This document shows positions 56,201 through 64,000 of a stretch of DNA of 64,000 bases, in pieces. The notes under the pieces were generated by a model, which saw nothing but the letters and a program-made list of their open reading frames with translations, was not told the DNA's origin and searched no databases. The stretch's first letter is position 1, and every line of letters begins with the position of its first letter. Made by a program: the position numbers and the translations under genes. Source of the stretch: the human T2T-CHM13v2.0 reference genome, Homo sapiens; assembly GCF_009914755.1 (NCBI RefSeq), contig NC_060938.1; one strand, given 5' to 3'.

Positions 56201-58578
56201 CACATCACAAAGAAGTTTCATAGAATGTTGCTTTCTAGTTTTTATGTGAAGATATTTCCTTTTTCACCATAGTCCTCAAAGTGCTCTAAATATCCATTTG
56301 CAGATTCTACAAAAAGTGTGTTTCCAAACTGCTCAATCAAAAGAAAGGTTCAACTCTGTGAGATGAAAGCACACATCACAAAGAAGCTTCTCAGAAATCT
56401 TCTGACTAGTTTTTATGTGAAGATATTTCATAATTCACCATAGGCCTCAATGGGCTAAAAAATATCCCTTTGCATATTCTACAAAAGGACTGCTTTGAAA
56501 CTGCTCAATCATAAGAAAGGTTCAGCTTTGTGATATGAATGCATACATCAGAAAGAAGTTTCTCAGAATGCTTCTGTGTAGTTTTTATGTGAAGATATTT
56601 CCTTTTTCACCATAGGCCTCAAAGCATTCCAAATATCCATTTGCATATTCTACAAAAAGACTGTTTCCAAACTCCTCAATCAAAAGAGAGGTTCAACTCT
56701 GTGATATGAATGCATACATCACAAAGAAGTTTCTCTGAACGCTTCTGTCTAGTTTTTAGGTGAAGATACTTCCTTTTTCACCATAGGCCTCAAAGTGCTC
56801 CAACTATCCATTTGCATATTCTACAAAAAGACTGTTTCCAAACTCCTCAATCAAAAGAGAGGTTCAACTCTGTGAGATGAAACCACACTTCACAAAGAAG
56901 TTTCTCAGAATGCTTCTGTCTAGTTTTTATGTGAAGATATTTCCTATTTCACCTTAGGCCATAAGGGCTCACAAATATCCCCCTGCGGATTCTAGAAAAG
57001 GACTCTTTCCAAACTGCCCAATCAAAAGAAAGGTTCAACTTTGTTAGACGAATGCACACATCACAAAGAAGTTTCTCAGAAATCTTCTGACTAGTTTTTA
57101 TATGAAGATATTTCCTAATTCACCATAGGCCTCAATGGGCTCACAAATGTCCCTTTGCATATTCTACAAAAGGATGGCTTTGAAACTGCTCAATCATAAG
57201 AAAGGTTCAACTCTGTGATATGAATGCATACATCACAAAGCAGTTTCTCAGAATGCTTCAGTGTGGTTTTTATGTGAAGATATTTCCCTTTTCACCATAG
57301 GCCTCAAAGCACTGTAAATATCCATTGGCATATTCTACAAAAAGACTGTTTCCAAACTCTTCAATCAAAAGAGAGGTTCAACTCTGTGATATGAATGCAT
57401 ACATCACAAAGAAGTTTCTCAGAATGCTTCTGTCTAGTTTTTAGGTGAAGATATTTCCTTTTTCACCACAGGCCTCAAAGTGCTCCAAATATCCATTTGC
57501 ATATTCTACAAAAAGACTGTTTCCAAACTCCTCAATCAAAAGAGATGTTCAACTCTGTGAGACGAAAGCACACTTGACAAAGAAGTTTCTCAGAATGCTT
57601 CTGTTTAGTTTTTATATGAAGATATTTCCTATTTCACCTTAGGCCATAAAGGTCTCACAAATATCCCTCTGCAGATTCTAGAAAAGGACTCTTTCCAAAC
57701 TGCCCAATCAAAAGAAAGGTTCAACTCTGTTAGTCGAATGCACACATCACAAAGAAGTTTCTCAGAAAGCTTCTGTCCAGTTTTTATGTGAAGATATTTC
57801 CCTTTTCACCATACCTATCAAAGCACTCAAAATATCCCCTTGCAGATTCTCTGAAAAGACTGTTTCCAAACTTCTCAATCAAAAGAGTGGTTCAACTCTG
57901 TGAGATGAATGCACATATCACAAAGAAGTTTCTCTGAAATCTGTCTAGTTTTTATGTGAAGGTATTTCCTGTTTCACCACAGGCCTAAAGCCACTCACAA
58001 ATATCCCTTTGCAGATTTTACAAGAACAGAGTTTCCAGACTCATCAAAGAATAGAAACTTTTATCTCTCTGAGATGAGTGCACATATTGCAAAACAGCTT
58101 CTCAGAAACATTCTTTATAGTTTTTATTGAAGATATTTCCTTTTTCACCATAGGCCTCATAGAGCTGAAAAATATCCCTTTGCAGATTCTACAAAAAGTC
58201 TGTTTACAAACTGCTCAATCAAAAGAATGGTTCAACTCTGTGAGATAAATGCACACATCACAAAGAGGTTTCTCAGAAATCTTCTGTCCAGTTTTTATGT
58301 GAAGATATTTCCTTTCTCACCATAGGCTTCAAAGCGCTCATAAATATCCCTTTGCAGATTCTACAAATAGACAGTTTTCAAACTGCTCAGCAAAAAGACC
58401 GTTTCAACTCTGTGAGATGAATGCACGCATGACAGGGAGGTTTCTCAGAGAACTTCTGTTTATTTATTATGTGAAGGTATTTCCTTTTTCACCAAAGGCC
58501 TCAAAGCGCTCACAAATATCTCCTTGCAGATTCTACAAGAACAGAGTATCCAAACTGATTAATCAAAAGAATGCTTCA
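44277..58578 (-). repeat. Monomeric alpha satellite, reverse orientation, mixed monomer types
   Basis: 171-bp units interleaving CTCCAAATATCCATTTGCAG and CTCACAAATATCCCTTTGCAG types; no CENP-B boxes seen. Confidence 0.93.
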
Positions 58579-59753
58579 CATAAAATCCCTAGAAGAAAAC
58601 CTAGGCAATACCACTCAGGACATAGGCATGGGCAAGGACATCATGTCTAAAACACCTAAAACAATGGCAACAAAGCCACAATTGACAAATGGGATCTAAT
58701 TAAACTAAGGAGCTTCTGCACAGCTAAAGAAACCACCATCCGAGTGAACAGTCATCCTACAGAATGGGAAAATATTTTTGCAACCTACTCATCTGACAAA
58801 GGGTTAATATCCAGAGTCTACAATGAACTTAGACAAATTTACAAGAAAAAAACAAACAACCCCGTCAAAAAGTGGTTGAAGGATATGAATAGACACTTCT
58901 CAAAAGAAGACATTTATGCAGCCAATGAACAAATGAAAAAATGCTCATCATCACTGGCTATCAGAGAAATGCAAATCAAAACCACAACAAGATATCATCT
59001 CACACCAGTTAGTATGGTGATCATTAAAATGTCAGGAAACAACAGGTGCTGGAGAGGATGTGAGAAATAGGAACAATTTTGCACTGTTGGTGGGACTGTA
59101 AACTAGTTCAACCATTGTGGAAGTCGGTGTGGTGATTCCTCAGGGATCTAGAATTAGAAATATCACTTGACCCAGCCATCACATTACTGGGTATATACCC
59201 AAAGGATTATAAATCATGCTGCTATAAAGACACATGCACTCGTATGTTTATAGTGGCACTATTCACAATAGCAAAGACTTGGAACCAACCTAAATGTCCA
59301 ACAACGATAGACCGGATGAAGAAAATGTGGCACATATACATCATGGAATACTATGCAGCCATAAAAAATGATGAGTTCATGTCCTTTGTAGGGACATGGA
59401 TGAAGCTGGAAACCATCATTCTCAGTGAACTATCGCAAGGACAAAAAATCAAACACCACATGTTCTCACTCATAGTTGGGAATTGATCAATGAGAACACA
59501 TGGACCCAGGAAGCGAAACATCACACACCACACACCAGGGACTGTAGTCTGGTGGGGGGAGGGTGAGGGATAGCATTAGAAGATATACCTAATGCTAAAT
59601 GATGAGTTCATGGGTGCAGCACACAAACATGGCACATGTATACATATGTAACAAACCTGCACAGTGTACAAATGTACCCTAAAACTTAAAGTATAATAAT
59701 AATAAAAGTAAATAAATAAATAAATAAACCCAGAGCTCCAAAAAAAAAAGAAG
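58579..59753 (+). mobile_element. 5'-truncated L1 (L1PA4-like), ~1.17 kb, with TSD and short 3' transduction
   Basis: Starts CATAAAATCCCTAGAAGAAAAC. The 3'UTR has TAATGCTAAATGA and GTAACAAACCTG (pre-L1PA2). TSD is AAGAATGCTTCA (58567-58578) / AAGAATGGTTCA (59754-59765). Confidence 0.92.
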
Positions 59754-61284
59754 AAGAATGGTTCAACTCTATGAGATGAATGCACACATCACAAATAAGT
59801 CTCTCAGAAAGCTTCTGTCTACATTTTATATGAAGATATTTCCTTTTTCACCATAGCCCTCAAAGGGCTCACAAATATCCCTTTGCAGATTCTACAAGGA
59901 AAGAGTTTCCCATCTGCTCAATGAAAAGAAACATCTACCTCTGTGAGATGAATGCACACATTACAGTTTCTCAGAAACCTTCTGTCTAGTTTTTATGTGA
60001 AGATATTTCCTTTTTCCCCATGGGCCTAAAAGCACTCACAAATATCCCTTTGCTGATTCTCCAAAAGGCTATTTCCAAACTGCTCAATCAAAAGAATGGT
60101 TCAACAGTGTGAGAGGAGTGTACACATTACACAGAAGTGTCTCAGAAAACCTCTGTCCCATGTGAAGATATTTCCTTTATCACCATAGGCCTCAAAGCAT
60201 TCACAAATATCCCTTTGCAGACTCAACAAAAAGACTGTTTCCAATATGCTCAATCAATAGAAAGGTTTAACTCTGTGAGACAAATTCACACATCACAAAG
60301 CAGTTTCTCAGAAACCTTCTTTCTAGTTATTATGTGAAGATATTTCCTTTTTCACCATAGGCTTCAAAGCACTCACTAATATTCTTTTGCAGATTCTACA
60401 AAAAGATTGTTACCAAACTGCTCAATCAAAAGAATGGTTCAACTCTGTGAGATGAATGCATACATAACCAGGAAGTTTTTCAGAAACTTCTGTCAAGTTT
60501 TTATGCGATGATATTTCCTTTTTCACCATAGGCCTCAAACTGCTCACAAATATCCCTTTGCAGATTGCACAAGAAAATAGTTTCCCATGTGCTCAATGAA
60601 AATAAACGTTTACGTCTGTGAGATGAATGCACACATTACAAAGCAGTTTCTCAGAAACCTTCTGTCTAGTTTTTATGTAAAGATATTTCCTTTTTCACCA
60701 TAGGCCTCAAAGTGTTCACAAATATCCCTTGGCAGATTCTACAAAAAGACTGTTTCCAAAATGCTCAATCAATAGAAAGGTTCAACTCTGTGAGATGAAT
60801 TCACATATCACAAAACAGTTTCTCATAAACCTTCTTTCTAGTTTTATGTGAAGATATTTCCTTTTTCACCATAGGCCTCAAAGCGCTCACAAATATCCCT
60901 CTGCAGATTCTACTAAAACACCATGTCCAAGCATTTCAATCAAAAGAATGGTTTAACTCTGTGAGATGAATGCACACGTCACAAAGTAATTTCTCAGAAA
61001 GTGTCTGTCTAGTTTTTATGTGAAGATATTTCCTTTTTCACCATAGGCCTGAAAGCACTCACAAATACCACTTTGCAGATTGTACAAGAACAGAGTTTCC
61101 AGACTGATCAAAGGAATGGAACGTTTAACTCAGTGAGATGAATGCACACATCACAAAGCAGTTTCTCAGAAACCTTCTTTATAGTTTTTATGTGAAGGTA
61201 TTTCCTTTTTCACCATGGCGTCAAAGCACTCACAAATATCCCTTTGCAGATTGTACAACAACAACAGAATTTCCAAACTGCTCA
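59754..61284 (-). repeat. Terminal monomeric alpha satellite, reverse orientation
   Basis: Last monomer ends ...TTCCAAACTGCTCA at 61284, then changes abruptly to non-satellite DNA. Confidence 0.92.
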
Positions 61285-61419
61285 TAATTAGTTTTTAGGA
61301 CCAACATGAGCATTTAGACACACTGCTTGTGGTGCAGCACACATGCATTATCCACACTGAAATTAGGAATTCAACTGAAGTTCATGTGGAGCCGAAAATG
61401 TGAATATTTGGGGGACCTT

Positions 61420-61615
61420 GGAGATAATCTAGCTCACTTTATTTTATAGAAAACAGATTCAGGGAAAGGGCATGCATTGCCTAAGGTGATTCAGCAGCTT
61501 TGGCACAGAAACACAACACATCTAAGGTGATTCATCAGGTTTGGAGCAGAAACGCAATACAATCTCTGTTCTTTTGCTTCTCAGATCCAGAATTTTTTCA
61601 CAATACTGAACTACT
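61420..61615 (-). mobile_element. Degraded MIR SINE with an internal 41-bp tandem duplication
   Basis: TTTTATAGAAAACAGATTCAGGGAAAGG..TTGCCTAAGGTGATTCAGC resembles the reverse MIR core. CTAAGGTGATTCA..TTTGG..CAGAAAC.CAA.ACA occurs twice (~61481 and ~61522). Confidence 0.55.
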
Positions 61616-62009
61616 TATGTTTCTGATTCCTTATTTTTTCTTTCTAAATTTTGCCAGTATTGTCTAACGAAGATCCTATTCTTTACCCTAAATATTTAAA
61701 TTCGTTACCACTATTGTCTCTTTATAAGTAAAATTACTAGTTGTTATTATAAATGATTATTCAATCACTTTTCATTTTTGGGGGGTTCAGTACAAAGTTA
61801 GTATCAAATAAACACTATCAGCCTTGGCAATCCAAGAGGAGCTCAAGTCCTCCAGGGCACATCAGGAAAAGGCTAAATGACAGCTGTGCTGCGAGTGGAC
61901 AGAATAAAGCTCTCATACAGACTATTGGGTATTTGATGTTCTTCAACAATTTCATTAATCTTCAGTTTTTTTCCTCTTTGAAGTGAAAGTCTGCTATGAC
62001 TTTCAAGTT

Positions 62010-62430
62010 TCTTTTGAAATAATTATAGATTCACAGGAAGTTGCAAAAGATACAGGGATGTCTTAGGTACTCTTCACTAATTCCAGTGGTGACATCTCAC
62101 GTAGCCATAGAGCATTATCAAAACCTGGAAACTGACATAGGTACAATTCAGAAAGCTTACTCAGATCGCAACCGTTTTGCATGCATTCATTTTTGTACGT
62201 GTGTATGCGTGTGCGTGTGTTCTGTTCATTTTTATGTGGTGTAGATCTCTGTAACTACCACTTCAACAGTCAAGATGCAGAACTGTAGCCTCACCACCAG
62301 GCTCCAACTTGCGATCTTTGCTGACACTCTGACACGTTTTCCTCCACCCCTTCCCCTTGACAACCTCATAGCCTGTTCTCCATCTTTACAATTTTATTTC
62401 AATAATTTATATAAATGTAATTGTACAAAA
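62010..62430 (-). mobile_element. Ancient L1M 3' end (L1MC4-like)
   Basis: TTTTGAAATAATTATAGATTCACAGGAAGTTGCAAAA...TCAAAACCTGGAAACTGACATAGGTACAAT...(GT)n...TCAAGATGCAGAACTGT...CTGTTCTCCATCTTTACAATTTT matches the recalled reverse-complement L1MC 3' consensus. Confidence 0.75.
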
Positions 62431-63165
62431 TCGTATTTTTTAAGGGAAAAAACAAGTCCCAGATAGTTTTGTTAGTGCTGTAAAATAGTCTTTAACATTC
62501 ATTTGTTTTATGTTCTATTTGTCTCAAAAAAATGTGCTTTGTTCTTTCCCATACTTTCTGATATCAGGATAGGAAATCAATACCAAACAAAACATTTCCA
62601 TTTATTTTTTTCCACAGCTTGGTTTTCACTGTTGTTGCCTAACATTTATTGTTGCATTTACTCTTTCTCTCTGTTTTCCATCACATAAAAGTAACTTTGT
62701 GTTCTTTATCTCTTCTAAGGAAACTTGGTAATGAGCCTTTAATGTGACGCCTAGACCACCCTTGTTTTGATTTTGTGTTATGGGTGTTCTTTTGTGTGAT
62801 CGTTCTCATAGAGAGTCCTTGTGAAGCTGGGCTTTTTCAGTGGTTTGTCAAAATGGAAATAGATATTTAACAAACCAAACACAAAATGACCTTGCTCCAG
62901 GAATGCATCATTTCTGAGAAAACACTACCTCTTCCAACTAGAGATTGTGAATATTACTCATATTATACTTTACTCCCTTTTATTAAAACTGTATTTTTTT
63001 TTACACATTTGTATAACTCAGGTAATGAAATGTGAAACTAAGCGATTGTCTACCAATTACAATTGATGTTAACGATGCTACTGGGAGGCCACCCCCACAG
63101 TCGCTGGGCCGAGTTTAGGGACTTGCTAGCTTTGCTAAGTTACATGGGATTGCCTACGTACTAAA

Positions 63166-64000
63166 TGGAGGTGGGGGATGGGTCCGAGGAAGCGGCGGCG
63201 CCGCCCTGCCCCGACGTGGAAGCTACAGACTGGGCCCCAGGCAACACGCGGCCGAGAGCCGGAGGCAGGCACGCAATGGCGGACGACACCGCAGCATCCA
63301 GCGAGTCACCGCCAGGGGCACGCGAACCCCAGGACTGCAGCCACGAGCGCTGCCAGACGGGCCGTGTGGCGGGCTTCCGGCCTCGGACACAACCGTGACG
63401 CGCGCCGGGTAGACGGGGGGCGGGTGGGCGAGGACTGTGCCTCGGAGGGGTGTTGGGGAGGAGGGGCGCTGGAGCGGCGGTGGGCCGGTCGCCGGGCCGC
63501 CACCAGGGGCAGCGGCGAACCGCGGCGACCGGAACGCGCTCCCCCACCCTCTCCCTGGTGGACCCTTCCTACTTGCCTTCCTCCCCCCCCAACAAGCCCC
63601 CACTACCCACGACGCGTGACTATGATGACACGGGACCTTCCACCCTTCCAGGGCCAACGAACCCCGCACCACGAGCTGCGTGAGGCGCGAGGGAGCACCC
63701 GAGGGAGGAACGCAGACCGCGGTGGTGGCCACAGGAACTCGGCCCCAGCCAGCTCTCTTCCCTCTCTGTTTTCGCGGGTGGCGGCACCGCCCTCTCTCTC
63801 TTCCTCACAGCCGGGAGCCCCCCTTCCCCATGCCACCCAATGCGTGACCACACAGGACCTGCAGGGAGAGAGAGAAGGGGCGGGCATGGTGGCAGAGGAG
63901 GACGGACATCGCTGGTTCTGCACTTGGGGCGATGGAGGGCCCCTGCAGGCCACGCCAGGGAACCCCCAGCCATGCACCCCGAGGAGCCCGGAGGCACCCC
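63166..64000 (-). pseudogene. Diverged 45S rDNA ITS2 copy (orphan rDNA pseudogene), truncated before 28S
   Basis: Reverse complement of the window end, GGGGTGCCTCCGGGCTCCTCGGGGTGCATGGCTGGGGGTTCCCT, matches the start of human ITS2. Colinear matches continue (GGGCCGAGTTCCTGTGGCC; GGGTGGAAGGTCCCGTG; GTTCCGGTCGCCGCGGTTCGCCG; AGCTTCCACGTCGGGGC..TCCTCGGACCCATCCCCCACCTCC), with many CpG>TpG changes. Confidence 0.9.

Noticed and set aside
63161-63997. GC-rich ORFs and a CpG-island-like promoter at the window end
   Set aside because: Explained by rDNA ITS2 origin; the ORFs reflect stop-codon scarcity in GC-rich DNA.

Overview
Hominid (human or great-ape) pericentromeric DNA with no intact genes. About 61 kb is diverged ~171-bp alpha satellite in successive layers. 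1-21.7 kb is an A/B alternating layer with CENP-B boxes (SF5/R1R2-like). 25.2-37.3 kb is an A-type-only monomeric layer (SF4/M1-like). An older-looking monomeric layer starts at ~37.3 kb and flips strand at ~41.38 kb. Five dead LINE-1 insertions interrupt the array: a full-length L1PA2; a scrambled L1PA2 composite at the SF5/monomeric boundary; a twin-primed 5'-inverted L1PA2/3 with a 15-bp TSD; a TSD-less internal ORF2 patch; and a 5'-truncated L1PA4-like copy with an 11-nt 3' transduction. The array ends at ~61284. It is followed by ~1.9 kb of old euchromatic-type DNA (MIR, L1MC) and a diverged rDNA ITS2 copy on the minus strand that runs off the window. Satellite ORFs are artefacts and L1 ORFs are broken. 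I do not see a convincing new biological system. The most unusual signal is patchwork sharing of non-consensus variants, including an ORF2 stop codon, among independently inserted L1s, together with reuse of the same monomer positions by different L1s. Subfamily and layer names come from recalled consensus sequences, not from alignments.
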